A stretch of DNA of 64,000 nucleotides from Nitrospirota bacterium (GCA_963790025.1 CAWBMP010000004.1:1-64000), one strand, 5' to 3'; positions 21,054 to 31,352 are shown, counted from the stretch's first letter. The notes: generated from the sequence alone by a model not told the origin. Translations and numbers: made by a program.

Positions 21054-21512
21054 TTAAACTCCTAATCCGATTATTCTGGCATTTAATGATTTTCCCGAAA
21101 TAGAAAGCAATGCAACCGTTACAGGCAGCTTGAACCTCTTGGGACCTGCACTGCCGGGATTAAGAAAGAGTATGCCGTCGCGGTTCTCTTTTAAGGGCTC
21201 ATGTGAATGGCCGAAAATAACAGCGTTGAAGCCCGATGCGGCGGGGTCAAGGTCAAGATGGCTGACATTGTGGAGCGCATAAAACGAAACCGGCCCGATC
21301 TCGATCACTTCGCTAAGCGGCAGTGCATGGGCCCAAGGGCCCTGGTCGGTGTTGCCGCGCACTGCAACAACGCGGGCAACGGTGCTTAACTGCTTCAGCA
21401 CCTCAGGAGTCCCCACATCTCCAGCATGAATGATCAAGGAAACTCCCTGGAATGCTTTAAGGGCCTCAGGCCGCATAAGTCCATGAGTATCCGACAAAAC
21501 CCCGATTAACAT
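21054..21512 (-). CDS. YfcE-family metallophosphoesterase
   Basis: SDTHG, HAGD, RGNTD, GHSH, NPGSAGP. Confidence 0.9.
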   Translation of the reverse strand: MLIGVLSDTHGLMRPEALKAFQGVSLIIHAGDVGTPEVLKQLSTVARVVAVRGNTDQGPWAHALPLSEVIEIGPVSFYALHNVSHLDLDPAASGFNAVIFGHSHEPLKENRDGILFLNPGSAGPKRFKLPVTVALLSISGKSLNARIIGLGV

Positions 21513-21624
21513 AAATTATTATAAATCAATGGACTATTTTTTGCGCTATTGAAACCACTACCAAATAATAATGTTGCTTTTCTGCCCGATTAATGCTATA
21601 AACATAAGGTGTATATCATCTTTA

Positions 21625-21675
21625 GCGGAAATACGCTGGGTCTGATGGTCCGCCTTCTTTTCCAGGAAAAGTTTC
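21625..21675 (+). repeat. ~51-bp direct repeat, copy upstream of csp
   Basis: Similar to 22092-22143. Confidence 0.8.
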
Positions 21676-21738
21676 TAAGTTGTATTCCATAGGAATATCC
21701 ACTACCTGGCGCCTCTATGGAGTCATAATAGAATAATA

Positions 21739-21850
21739 TTGATTTTTCTAACTTTTAATGCTAGTATTAACTGGAGATGAGGTGTGTGGCTTTTTTAACA
21801 GAGCTTTAGAGCGCAGAACCACGAGACATTTTGTCTTTGTGGTTTTTTTT
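21739..21850 (+). promoter_or_regulatory. csp promoter and structured 5' UTR
   Basis: TTGATT-17-TAGTAT with extended TG; hairpin AACCACGAGACA..TGTCTTTGTGGTT plus T run. Confidence 0.55.
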
Positions 21851-21879
21851 ATTTCATATCAAAGGAGAACAACAGTACT

Positions 21880-22077
21880 ATGAAGGGAACAGTAAAGTGG
21901 TTCAATGATTCAAAGGGATTCGGATTTATTACGGCCGAGGATGGAAGCGATGTTTTTGTACATCATACCTCTATCATGGGAAATGGTTTTAAGTCGCTTG
22001 CCGAGGGTGAGCAGGTGTCGTTCGATGTCGAAAAGGGACCCAAAGGACCTAAGGCAGTCAATGTAGTTAAACAGTAG
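21880..22077 (+). CDS. cspA: Cold-shock protein
   Basis: GTVKWFN.SKGFGFI, VFVH. Confidence 0.95.
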   Translation: MKGTVKWFNDSKGFGFITAEDGSDVFVHHTSIMGNGFKSLAEGEQVSFDVEKGPKGPKAVNVVKQ

Positions 22078-22091
22078 AACTACCGTAGAAG

Positions 22092-22143
22092 GCGAAAAAT
22101 ACGGCGGGTCTGATGGCCCGCCTTCTTTTCCGGGAAAAGTCTC
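22092..22143 (+). terminator. csp 3' hairpins (second copy of the direct repeat)
   Basis: GGCGGG/CCCGCC stem followed by TTCTTTT; CTTTTCC/GGAAAAG. Confidence 0.6.
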
Positions 22144-22373
22144 CGCACAAAACCGTAGAGTCATGCAAGCCGGGATATCATCAAACCGCATTTTTTTTCT
22201 CATCCTTTTTTTTTATTTGTCAGATAATTAACTACACGTAAATCATAAAGCTCCTACAACACTTTCAGACATCCGCCGATTCCCATATGTGGTTTAGTTG
22301 CTATATATTAAGAGCATGTTAGTTCAGAAAGGGAAGAATTTGATTTTTAAAATGTTGGAAATGGGAGGATATC

Positions 22374-22655
22374 ATGAAGCAGGGTACCATGGCCACCAGT
22401 ACGCTTGCAGAGGCAATTATATTTCAGGCAATTGAGGATTTGTGGTGTGAGGAAGAAAAGTTGAAGTCGCTTAGCTTTCTCACCGGGGAGGATTTTCAAA
22501 TTTGCGCGAAAATGGCCGGCATGGACTTTGACGAACAGGTTAGCGTGCTCAATTTAGTTAAGACTATATCCAATACAATCAAAAGAACACGGCAAATATC
22601 CAGGTTGGGAAGAACAAAGAAAGCGAATTTTTCAGAAAGAGCGGTTTTGTTGTAA
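22374..22655 (+). CDS. Hypothetical protein
   Basis: GGAGG RBS; 93-aa ORF. Confidence 0.6.
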   Translation: MKQGTMATSTLAEAIIFQAIEDLWCEEEKLKSLSFLTGEDFQICAKMAGMDFDEQVSVLNLVKTISNTIKRTRQISRLGRTKKANFSERAVLL

Positions 22656-22954
22656 AAAGCCAATGAAAATCAACTTGCTTATAGCAAGAAATATGCATTA
22701 AAGGGCATGATTTGTTAATGAGAAATGGCTGGAACGCCTTTCTTTGAAAAACGAACCGGCTCCTATACGCCTAACCTACCGCAAGCGCTGGCTTCGTCCC
22801 GAAGAGTATAAGTAACAAGACACCCTACTCTCCTAGTTATAGGATAAATATTGTCCTGTTTAATGTCAAGTGGATATCTAATGTGCATCAGAACCTCAAG
22901 GGAAATAAGCCGGCACCACACTAAGCAGCGAAAAACTCAGCACACCCCGGAAGT

Positions 22955-22968
22955 TTGACTTAAGTCAT
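22955..22968 (+). promoter_or_regulatory. Crp/Fnr-family (HcpR/Dnr-like) box upstream of norC
   Basis: TTGACTTAAGTCAT; nearly identical to the box upstream of hcp. Confidence 0.7.
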
Positions 22969-23031
22969 ATCCGCAAAAATATAATCGTTGTATCTTTAGA
23001 GAAGATATAAAAAAAGACGCGGGAGGTACCT

Positions 23032-23703
23032 ATGACGCTGTCGCAGGGAAAAGCAATATTCATTTGGGGCACACTGATCTCTGCAGTAATCTTTCTCGTT
23101 CTTTCCTATGACTCTCTGGTGCAGATGCCAAAGAGAACGCAGGAGGCAAAACTTGATGACCACGTTGCTGCGGGCAAGTGGGTATGGCAGAAGCATAATT
23201 GCAACGATTGCCATACTATTCTGGGTATCGGGGGATACTATGCGCCGGACGTAACAAAGGTCATGAATTATCGTGATAATGGATGGGTAACAAGCTTTTT
23301 GAAAGACCCGGAAAAGGTCTGGCCTAATCCCAGGAAAATGCCGAACCTACACCTTAAAGATGAGGAGATTACCGATCTGGTCGCGTTCCTGAACTGGGTG
23401 GACGGAATCGATACGAATGACTGGCCGCCCAAACCCATGGTGGCAACAGCAGTTACATCCGTAACTCCGGGTGAAAAGGTCTACAAGGCGCAGGGATGTT
23501 CCGCCTGCCACACTATCGCCGGTGTGGGAGGCAAGGTTGGGCCTGACCTCTCAAAGGTCGGCAGCAGAAGGGACGAGGCCTGGATCGGGATCCAGCTCAG
23601 GGATCCGAAGTCGCACAATCCACAGTCCATTATGCCGGGCTTTTCCAAGCTTTCTTCAACAGACATTGACACCCTTGCGAAATATCTCGCAGGGCTGCGA
23701 TAA
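23032..23703 (+). CDS. norC: NO reductase subunit C with an extra C-terminal heme c domain
   Basis: One TM helix, CNDCHT..G.GGYYAPD, second CSACH. Confidence 0.88.
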   Translation: MTLSQGKAIFIWGTLISAVIFLVLSYDSLVQMPKRTQEAKLDDHVAAGKWVWQKHNCNDCHTILGIGGYYAPDVTKVMNYRDNGWVTSFLKDPEKVWPNPRKMPNLHLKDEEITDLVAFLNWVDGIDTNDWPPKPMVATAVTSVTPGEKVYKAQGCSACHTIAGVGGKVGPDLSKVGSRRDEAWIGIQLRDPKSHNPQSIMPGFSKLSSTDIDTLAKYLAGLR

Positions 23704-23714
23704 GGAGGGGACCG

Positions 23715-25034
23715 ATGAAATACGATTCACAGAAAATCGCGTTAAACTACTTTGTCATCGCCGCACTTCTCTTCGGGCTCCAGATAATTTTCGGCCTGGT
23801 CCTGGGCGCCAAATACGTGTGGGATTTTGACCCGCTTATGAATATCCTTCCGTTCAACACTGCGCGGGCGATCCATGTAAATCTTCTGGTTGTCTGGCTT
23901 CTATTCGGCTTCATGGGGGGGACATATTTCATTGTTCCGGAAGAGGCCCGAACTGAAATTTACAGCAAAAAGCTTGCTAATTTTCAGCTTGTTTTGTTTG
24001 CGCTTATCGGAGTTACAGCTATTATCGGCTATATGTTGGGCTGGTCCTGGGGCATGCCGTTTCTTGAGCAGCCAACAGTCCTGAAATTCGGTATCGTGAT
24101 TGTTGCCCTGATTTTCCTTTATAACATTTTTATGACAATGATGAAGACCGGGAAGTGGACTGTAATCCAGGGCGTTCTCCTGGGAGGCCTGGTGATGCTC
24201 GCCGGCATGTTTCTTTTTGGGGTCTTCTTCATGAGAAATCTTTCAACCCAGTACTTCTGGTGGTGGTGGGTAATCCACCTCTGGGTAGAAGGGGCATGGG
24301 AGCTCATCACCGGCGCAATCATGGCATTTATGCTGATGAAGCTTACAGGGGTAGACCGTGCGCTGGTCGAGAAGTGGCTTTATGTTGAGATAGGTTTTGT
24401 GCTGTTTACCGGCATCGTGGGCACAGGTCATCATTACTACTGGATCGGTACGCCGAATTACTGGCTCTGGTGGGGAGGATTTTTCAGTGCCCTTGAACCG
24501 GTCCCCATTTTATTTATGGTTATAGATACACTTCGCTCAGTGCGGGAACGAAAGGCCGAGATTGCAAACAGGGTGGCCCTGAATTGGGCCGTAGGCTGCG
24601 CGGTCATGCATTTCTTCGGAGCTGGGGTCTGGGGATTCGCCCATACTCTCCCGCAAATCAACCAATGGACGCACGGCACGCAGATTACTGCATCTCATGG
24701 GCACTTTGCGTTCTTCGGCGCCTATGCTATGCTTAACCTCACTTTAATATACTTTGTCATGCCGCAGATAAAGGGGCTCACAACCTTTAAGCAGTCTCTC
24801 GGGATCAAGGCCTTCTGGTTCATGTGCTCCTTCATGGCCCTGATGGCGCTTTCCCTTGCAGTAGCCGGGATTGTTCAGACATATTTCCAGAGGATTCTGG
24901 GTATGGATTTCCTCACAACGCAGCAATATATGAGACTTTGGTATGCAGTATTCTGGGCATCCGCCTGGGGGTTTACAGCAGGAGTAGTTATGTTTCTCAT
25001 AGATTTATTCAAGCTTATAACGGCCAAAGAGTGA
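23715..25034 (+). CDS. norB: NO reductase large subunit (cNOR)
   Basis: WWWWVIHLWVEGAWE, GTGHHYYWIG, FSALEP, TASHGH. Confidence 0.95.
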   Translation: MKYDSQKIALNYFVIAALLFGLQIIFGLVLGAKYVWDFDPLMNILPFNTARAIHVNLLVVWLLFGFMGGTYFIVPEEARTEIYSKKLANFQLVLFALIGVTAIIGYMLGWSWGMPFLEQPTVLKFGIVIVALIFLYNIFMTMMKTGKWTVIQGVLLGGLVMLAGMFLFGVFFMRNLSTQYFWWWWVIHLWVEGAWELITGAIMAFMLMKLTGVDRALVEKWLYVEIGFVLFTGIVGTGHHYYWIGTPNYWLWWGGFFSALEPVPILFMVIDTLRSVRERKAEIANRVALNWAVGCAVMHFFGAGVWGFAHTLPQINQWTHGTQITASHGHFAFFGAYAMLNLTLIYFVMPQIKGLTTFKQSLGIKAFWFMCSFMALMALSLAVAGIVQTYFQRILGMDFLTTQQYMRLWYAVFWASAWGFTAGVVMFLIDLFKLITAKE

Positions 25035-25036
25035 GT

Positions 25037-25648
25037 ATGAAAGAGAACAAAGACCTTTGCATCGATATCAAAATATCGGATGATGATATCTTTGAGGCGA
25101 TGAAGGATATGCAGGGTTATCTGGATATCACTCCGGGTGACCTGAAGGAAATCTATAAGTTTGCGTATAGTCATGCCTGCGATAGAATTATGAAGTCGGT
25201 AAAAGCTCCCGATATTATGACAAGGGAAGTAATCACAGTCAGAAGAACAACCACCTTGGATGAAGTCGCCGAAGTGATGGCTACAAAACAAATTTCAGGA
25301 GTGCCCGTCCTGGAAGATGACGGAAGAATAGCGGGGGTTATTTCCGGAAAAGATTTTCTGGCAAATATGGGGGCCAAAGACAAAGTGAATTTCATGGCCG
25401 TCATTGCCGAGTGCCTCAAAGGCAAGAAATGTGTTTCAAGACCTATCAGTAGAAAAAAAGCTGAAGACATAATGACGTCTCCCGCTATAACTGTCGAAGA
25501 AAATACGACGGTAAGTGAGATAGCCGCAATTTTCTCTTCAAAAAATATAAACAGGGTGCCTGTTATCGGCCGGAGCGGTGCTCTCATTGGAATTGTTTCG
25601 AGGGCAGACATTGTGCTGGCGGCCAACATCAAAATCCGGACCCGATGA
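25037..25648 (+). CDS. CBS-pair protein
   Basis: DIMTREVITV..ISGVPV, DIMTSPAITV..INRVPV; N-terminal GYLDITPGDL. Confidence 0.85.
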   Translation: MKENKDLCIDIKISDDDIFEAMKDMQGYLDITPGDLKEIYKFAYSHACDRIMKSVKAPDIMTREVITVRRTTTLDEVAEVMATKQISGVPVLEDDGRIAGVISGKDFLANMGAKDKVNFMAVIAECLKGKKCVSRPISRKKAEDIMTSPAITVEENTTVSEIAAIFSSKNINRVPVIGRSGALIGIVSRADIVLAANIKIRTR

Positions 25649-26205
25649 AAATCTCACTCAATATGATCAAAGAATATCTGAACAAGATGACAGGTACGAC
25701 GAAGAGCCCTCCGGCTGTGGGAATGTCTGAAATCCTGTGGTCCTGGATCGGCGCTTTCCTCGGCATAGCCACAGTCGCCCTTATCACCTATAAAATTCTT
25801 GACAGAGTGGGTCTTACCATGATCATAGGTTCATTCGGCGCATCAGCCGTACTGATTTACGGCGCATTAAAGAGCCCGCTGGCACAACCGAGAAACCTCA
25901 TCGGAGGGCACGTTCTTTCGGCATTTGTCGGCGTGACCGCTTATCAGGTATTTCATTCTCACATATGGCTTGCCGCTGCAGTGTCGGTTGCTACTTCACT
26001 GGCTCTCATGCATGCTACGAGGACTCTTCATCCGCCGGGAGGAGCGACCGCGCTCATAGCGGTAATCGGCGGAGAGAGCGTACATAAACTCGGTTATCTT
26101 TATGCCGTCATTCCCACCGCGGCAGGAGCATCGATAATGCTGTTAGTTGCTTTGATTGTCAATAATATACCAAGGAATAGGAGATACCCGGAATTCTGGT
26201 TCTGA
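25645..26205 (+). CDS. HPP-family membrane protein
   Basis: SFGASAVL, SPLAQPRN, HPPGGATAL. Confidence 0.93.
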   Translation: MKISLNMIKEYLNKMTGTTKSPPAVGMSEILWSWIGAFLGIATVALITYKILDRVGLTMIIGSFGASAVLIYGALKSPLAQPRNLIGGHVLSAFVGVTAYQVFHSHIWLAAAVSVATSLALMHATRTLHPPGGATALIAVIGGESVHKLGYLYAVIPTAAGASIMLLVALIVNNIPRNRRYPEFWF

Positions 26206-26270
26206 AAAATTGAGGAGGCAAAGTGCCGACTTCTTGACTTCCATCTTTTTTGTTTCTAACATTTAAGGAA

Positions 26271-26915
26271 ATGATAATTATTGAATCGCTAAACATCGGC
26301 TTGCCTAAGAAAGAAATGTTCTTTGGCAAGGAGATAGTTACAGGAATTTGCAAAATGCCTGTAACTGGACCATTGCCGCTCGATGAACTGGGGTTCTCAG
26401 GTGACGGTGTCGGGGATCCGAAAAATCACGGAGGCCGGGACAAGGCTGTTTGCGTTTATGGCAAGGACCATTATCGATATTGGGAGGAAGTCCTCGGAAT
26501 TAAATTACCGGATGCTGCATTCGGAGAAAACCTTTCAACCTCGAATCTGCTTGAAAGTGATGTTTGCATCGGTGACATCTTCGAAGTGGGAACAGCTATT
26601 GTTCAGGTGACCCAGCCGCGACAGCCCTGCAAAACGCTCGCTATGCGCTACAACAGACATGACATCGTAAAACTCATAGTTGATTCAGGCCGCACCGGTT
26701 TTTATTTAAGAGTGCTCGAAAAGGGCATTGTAGGGAGAAACAGCCATTTTGCCTTAAAAGAGAGAGACCCGCATGGCATCACAGTCGCATTTACCAACCT
26801 CATTTACCATCATGACAGGACTAATTGCGAAGGAATCAAGAAGGTAATCGAAATCACCAGCCTTTCCGAATCCTGGCGAAACTCTTTTAACGAATTAAAT
26901 AAAAAGTGTAAATAA
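26271..26915 (+). CDS. MOSC / YiiM-type molybdenum protein
   Basis: HGGRDKAVC, FGENL, QPRQPCKTL, GRTGFYLRVL. Confidence 0.9.
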   Translation: MIIIESLNIGLPKKEMFFGKEIVTGICKMPVTGPLPLDELGFSGDGVGDPKNHGGRDKAVCVYGKDHYRYWEEVLGIKLPDAAFGENLSTSNLLESDVCIGDIFEVGTAIVQVTQPRQPCKTLAMRYNRHDIVKLIVDSGRTGFYLRVLEKGIVGRNSHFALKERDPHGITVAFTNLIYHHDRTNCEGIKKVIEITSLSESWRNSFNELNKKCK

Positions 26916-26923
26916 ATGCACTT

Positions 26924-27802
26924 CTAGTTCAGTTTGAGGAGTCTGTCGCATACAAGCAGGGCCATGATAATAAAGATATAGGCATTCAGCTTTCCAAAAA
27001 GAAAAGCGCAGCCATCCCTGCTTTTTTTCTCATTAAAAAACATTACGCTGTTGCCGGCCAGCCATAAGGCCGCGACAAACAGCGCAATTCGAATAAGAGG
27101 TGTAATAGCGACTATATAAAGAGACAAGATAAGGCATATGACCGCTGTACAGAGGGTCCAGACAAAAGTAGTCCTTATGATTTGCCGCCTGCTCCATACA
27201 CGTGTCAACGACGGCAAGCCGGCCTTTTCGTATTCGCCGCCGTATTCAAGATACAAAAGCCATGAGTGTGGTACCTGCCAGATAAAAAAACAAAGACAAA
27301 GAGCGCCCAGTGAAGGAGAAAAAGGCGTCCCTCCTCCGCTTGTCCACCCTATAGCCGGAGCCACCGCGCCGGTCAATGCTCCAGGAATTACCGCAAAAAC
27401 GCTCTTTTTTTTGATATACAAGTATACGCCGTTATACCAGAATACGGCAAAAAACCCCAGGAGCGCCCCCTCGATGCCGCCATGTGCAAGGAGGACCGCA
27501 CTTCCACAGAACATACATAAAAAAGAAAAAACTAATGCCTGTTGCGGCTTTATCCTGCCGGAGGGGACAGGCCGGTCCGCAGTCCTCGGCATGAGACTGT
27601 CAGTGTCTCTTTCCTGATAATGGTTAAGCGCGCCGGCGCCTGATGCAAGGGAAAAAATACCGGCAGTTACCAGTACTCCTCGCAGGGTTAATCCGCCCGA
27701 GACAAGCACAAAGCAGGCCGCCCCAGACAGCGCAGCAAAAAAAGAAATTCTCAGCTTGCAAAGTTCGGCATATGGCCGAAATTTCGCGGCAGGCAGTCTC
27801 AC
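26924..27802 (-). CDS. ctaB: Protoheme IX farnesyltransferase
   Basis: ERDTDSLMPRTADRPVPSG, WQVPH; GTG start overlapping the coxB stop. Confidence 0.9.
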   Translation of the reverse strand: MRLPAAKFRPYAELCKLRISFFAALSGAACFVLVSGGLTLRGVLVTAGIFSLASGAGALNHYQERDTDSLMPRTADRPVPSGRIKPQQALVFSFLCMFCGSAVLLAHGGIEGALLGFFAVFWYNGVYLYIKKKSVFAVIPGALTGAVAPAIGWTSGGGTPFSPSLGALCLCFFIWQVPHSWLLYLEYGGEYEKAGLPSLTRVWSRRQIIRTTFVWTLCTAVICLILSLYIVAITPLIRIALFVAALWLAGNSVMFFNEKKSRDGCAFLFGKLNAYIFIIMALLVCDRLLKLN

Positions 27803-28695
27803 TTCAATTCCTCCAACGTTTTTACAATAACGTCGAGTTCGTCCCCTGTGACGGGTATCTTCGGCATGATATTGGGATATCCCTTGACAAGGTCCGTTCC
27901 CGGTTGCAGAATAGCTTTCCTGCAAAAGGCCTCATCGACAATTATTGTCCGTTCTTTGCCGTTCGTGATGACAGTCTCCTCCCCGCCGTATACGCCCTTA
28001 AACGTAGGTCCTATTTTCTTTGTGCCGTCAGTGGTATGGCAACCCAGACATCCTTTCTTCTGCAGCAACTGCAAACCCTTGTTCTCCGGAGCTGCCGCAC
28101 TCGCATACCATTTATCGAAGGCATCCTGCGACATGACAACTACTTTTGAAAGCATATGTGAATGACCCGTCCCGCAGTATTCGGTGCAAAAGATGTCATA
28201 CGATCCCAGCTCATTTGCATTAAACCACATATGAGTGTTCATACCCGGCACCGCATCCTCCTTGATTCTGAAGGCAGGGATGTAAAGGCTGTGGATAACA
28301 TCAGCAGAGGTAATTTCCAGTTGCACGGCTTTACCCAGGGGGACCTTCAGAACGTCGCTGTGTTTTCCGTTCTTATATTCAAACTCCCACGCCCACATTA
28401 CTCCTTTAACTTTGACAGGCATTGCATCTTTTGGCGCATTGCGTATATAGGAAAAATTAGACCATCCGAAATAAAACATGGCAAGGACCAGAATGGTCGG
28501 GAGTACCGTCCAGATTATCTCAAGAGGAAGACTCCCTTCGATCTGTTGGGCATTGGGGTGTCTTTTTCTCCCGTACCTGATGACAAAAAAAACCATAAAG
28601 AACGTGACCAGGGCCAATAGAATAACGCATATCCCGACAACATAGAGGAAAGCGATATCAACTTTTGCCGCTATATTTGAGCTGCCCCAGATCAT
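27799..28695 (-). CDS. coxB: Cytochrome c oxidase subunit II with fused heme c domain
   Basis: DVIHS, CTEYCGTGHSHM (CuA), CLGCH. Confidence 0.95.
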   Translation of the reverse strand: MIWGSSNIAAKVDIAFLYVVGICVILLALVTFFMVFFVIRYGRKRHPNAQQIEGSLPLEIIWTVLPTILVLAMFYFGWSNFSYIRNAPKDAMPVKVKGVMWAWEFEYKNGKHSDVLKVPLGKAVQLEITSADVIHSLYIPAFRIKEDAVPGMNTHMWFNANELGSYDIFCTEYCGTGHSHMLSKVVVMSQDAFDKWYASAAAPENKGLQLLQKKGCLGCHTTDGTKKIGPTFKGVYGGEETVITNGKERTIIVDEAFCRKAILQPGTDLVKGYPNIMPKIPVTGDELDVIVKTLEELK

Positions 28696-28704
28696 GGCCT
28701 CTCC

Positions 28705-28986
28705 TCACCTGTACCAGACATCTACAAAAGTAAGCCCTATCATTGATGTCAATGCGAGAATTGCAAGAAAAATAACGCCTTTGAGAAAGGTCTTCTCATA
28801 AAGAAGGTGCATGAAATATCCAAGTACCAGCAGTGCCTTACAGGACGCAATGGCAAGGCAGATCAAAACGCTGTAGCCAGTATGCATTTTAGCAGCCGTG
28901 ATGGTAAGAGCGGTCAGAAGCAAGAGACCGGCCCATACGCGTGCATACGTTCCGTACCCTGTTATATGAGAGCGATCATTTTCCAT
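28705..28986 (-). CDS. coxD: Cytochrome c oxidase subunit IV
   Basis: LLLLTALT, IA..KALLV..YFMHL. Confidence 0.88.
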   Translation of the reverse strand: MENDRSHITGYGTYARVWAGLLLLTALTITAAKMHTGYSVLICLAIASCKALLVLGYFMHLLYEKTFLKGVIFLAILALTSMIGLTFVDVWYR

Positions 28987-29110
28987 ATCCTTCCTCTAAA
29001 AAAATACATGTTAAAAGTAAAAAGTGAGAAGTAAAAAGTTAAAAATTAAAGAAACAATAGAAACGTAGTCTGTTTGTGTTTTCTCTTTACTTTTCACTTT
29101 TTACTTGTCT

Positions 29111-29731
29111 CTAAGTTACCAGATAAAAGAGCGGAAACAGATAAATCCAGACTATATCTACAAAGTGCCAGTAGAGCCCCGTATTTTCAAGCTTCACAAA
29201 TGATTCACGATTGATTGTCTCCTTCCGGATAAAAAAAAGCATTGTGCCGATTACCGCGATCCCGACAACAACATGGAACGCATGTATACCGGTCATCACA
29301 TAATAAAGGCTGTAGAAAAGGACCTCCCCTTTGTTCCTTTGCAATAGCACCGGAGAATTCGGGTAGATGCCGCGGCTTATCTTTGAGCTCCATTCAAAAT
29401 ATTTATTAATAAGAAAGACGCATCCCATCAACATTGTTGCGGCCTGAAGCGCGGAGGACAGCTGTTTGTTACCCTTTCTGATGGCGGTAATCGATAGTGC
29501 CATCGTGAAGCTGCTGGTGATCAGTATGACCGTATTGACCGATCCGATTAAAAGATTTTCATCAAGCGCCGCGATATGAAAGTCGTTGGGGTACTCTGAA
29601 CGATATACGGAATAGAGCAGGAACATCCCGCCGAAAAAGAGAAGTTCGGTAATGAGGAAAAACCACATCCCGAGTTTTGCACCCGTGTAGTCGCTCCGTG
29701 GCCCCCCCGGTGTACTGTTTATATTTTCCAT
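29111..29731 (-). CDS. coxC: Cytochrome c oxidase subunit III
   Basis: GMWFFLITE, MTGIHAFHV, LYWHFVDIVW. Confidence 0.93.
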   Translation of the reverse strand: MENINSTPGGPRSDYTGAKLGMWFFLITELLFFGGMFLLYSVYRSEYPNDFHIAALDENLLIGSVNTVILITSSFTMALSITAIRKGNKQLSSALQAATMLMGCVFLINKYFEWSSKISRGIYPNSPVLLQRNKGEVLFYSLYYVMTGIHAFHVVVGIAVIGTMLFFIRKETINRESFVKLENTGLYWHFVDIVWIYLFPLFYLVT

Positions 29732-29741
29732 GGTTTCACTT

Positions 29742-31352
29742 TTATGCTCCGTAAGAGTAAGGACCTTTGGTAATGACAGGTATCTCTTCGAAGTTCTCGT
29801 GAGGGGGCGGAGATGACACCTGCCATTCCAGTGTCGCGCCTCCCCATGGGTTATCAGCAGCTTTTGGGCCTTTATAAAGCGCGGCAATAAGATTCCTGAA
29901 TATGATAGCGAGTCCGACCACAAGGACCCATGATCCTATGGTCGCTACCAGTTGCCCTGTATAGTATTGCGGAGGATAATCGAAATACCGGCGCGGCATC
30001 CCGTTGTAGCCGAGGATAAACATGCTGAAATAGAGCAGGTTGAATCCTATGAAGAAAACCAGCCAGCCGATTTTTGCGGGCCGTTCCTCGTACATCCTGC
30101 CGAACATTTTTGGGAACCAGTAATGCAGCCCAGCCAGAAACGAAAACCCCATGCCTCCGAACATGACGTAATGGAAGTGGGCCACTATCCAGTAAGTGGC
30201 GTGCAGGTGCAGGTTTGTTGCAACTGCACTTTGGATGAGGCCGGTCAGTCCTCCTATCGAAAACAGAAAAATGAAGGTCAGCGCAAAAAGCAGCGGCGCG
30301 TCGACCCTGATCGAACCCTTATAAAGGGTTGCCACCCAGTTGAACACCTTTATCCCGCTAGGAACCGCAACAAGAAATGTGATAAATGAAAAGACCACCC
30401 TGGCCGCATCACTCATGCCGCTCGTAAACATATGGTGTCCCCAAACAAGGTAACCTACACCGGCAATAGCGATTGCCGAGTAGGCGACAGCCTTATAGCC
30501 GAAAATCGTCTTTCTGGCAAACACCGGAATTACCTCCGATATAATGCCCATTGCAGGCAGGACCATGATATACACCGCCGGGTGGGAGTATATCCAGAAC
30601 AGGTGTTCAAAGAGCACAGGGTCCCCTCCCTTGGCAGGGTCGAAAAATCCGGTCCCGAAAAATCGCTCAATAATAATGAGAAGGAGTGAAATGGCTATCA
30701 CAGGCGTGGCGAGCATCTGGACCCAACCAGTAGCATAGAGTGTCCATACAAAAAGGGGCATCCGGTGCCACTTCATGCCGGGTGCCCTTAGTCTGTGGAT
30801 GGTCGTAACAAAATTGAGGCCGGTGAGTATGGATGAGAACCCGAGGATAAAAACTGCAAATACCGCCATCGAAACATTTGTCATCGTTCTAATGCTGTAA
30901 GGCGTGTAAAATGTCCACCCCGTATCGAGGGCCCCACCCCCAAAAAAAAGCGACGCGATCACAAGGCTTGCGCCAGTAAGGTAAAGCCACCATGACAGGC
31001 GGTTCAGACGCGGGAATGCCACATCGCGCGCCCCGATAAGCAGTGGGAGGAAAAAATTTCCGAACGACACAGGTATCCCCGGTATGATAAAAAGAAAAAT
31101 CTGTACGATGCCGTGAATGGTAAATAATCTGTTATAGGTATGCGCCCCCATAAATGTGCCGGGAGAGACGAGATTAAGCCGCATAAGCACCCCTATCAGG
31201 GTGCCGAATGTAAAGAACACGAGGATCGCCGCCAGATACATGATACCGATCCTCTTGTGATCGGTCGAGAGCATCCAGCCGGCTACGCCGCGCCGCGACC
31301 CGCTGTCGGCATAAAAACTCTCTTTGAGGGAAGATATTACTTCGGTATTCAT
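29742..31352 (-). CDS. coxA: Cytochrome c oxidase subunit I, A2-type
   Basis: DHKRIG, FWIYSHPAVY, WGHH, AHFHY, GMPRR. Confidence 0.96.
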   Translation of the reverse strand: MNTEVISSLKESFYADSGSRRGVAGWMLSTDHKRIGIMYLAAILVFFTFGTLIGVLMRLNLVSPGTFMGAHTYNRLFTIHGIVQIFLFIIPGIPVSFGNFFLPLLIGARDVAFPRLNRLSWWLYLTGASLVIASLFFGGGALDTGWTFYTPYSIRTMTNVSMAVFAVFILGFSSILTGLNFVTTIHRLRAPGMKWHRMPLFVWTLYATGWVQMLATPVIAISLLLIIIERFFGTGFFDPAKGGDPVLFEHLFWIYSHPAVYIMVLPAMGIISEVIPVFARKTIFGYKAVAYSAIAIAGVGYLVWGHHMFTSGMSDAARVVFSFITFLVAVPSGIKVFNWVATLYKGSIRVDAPLLFALTFIFLFSIGGLTGLIQSAVATNLHLHATYWIVAHFHYVMFGGMGFSFLAGLHYWFPKMFGRMYEERPAKIGWLVFFIGFNLLYFSMFILGYNGMPRRYFDYPPQYYTGQLVATIGSWVLVVGLAIIFRNLIAALYKGPKAADNPWGGATLEWQVSSPPPHENFEEIPVITKGPYSYGA

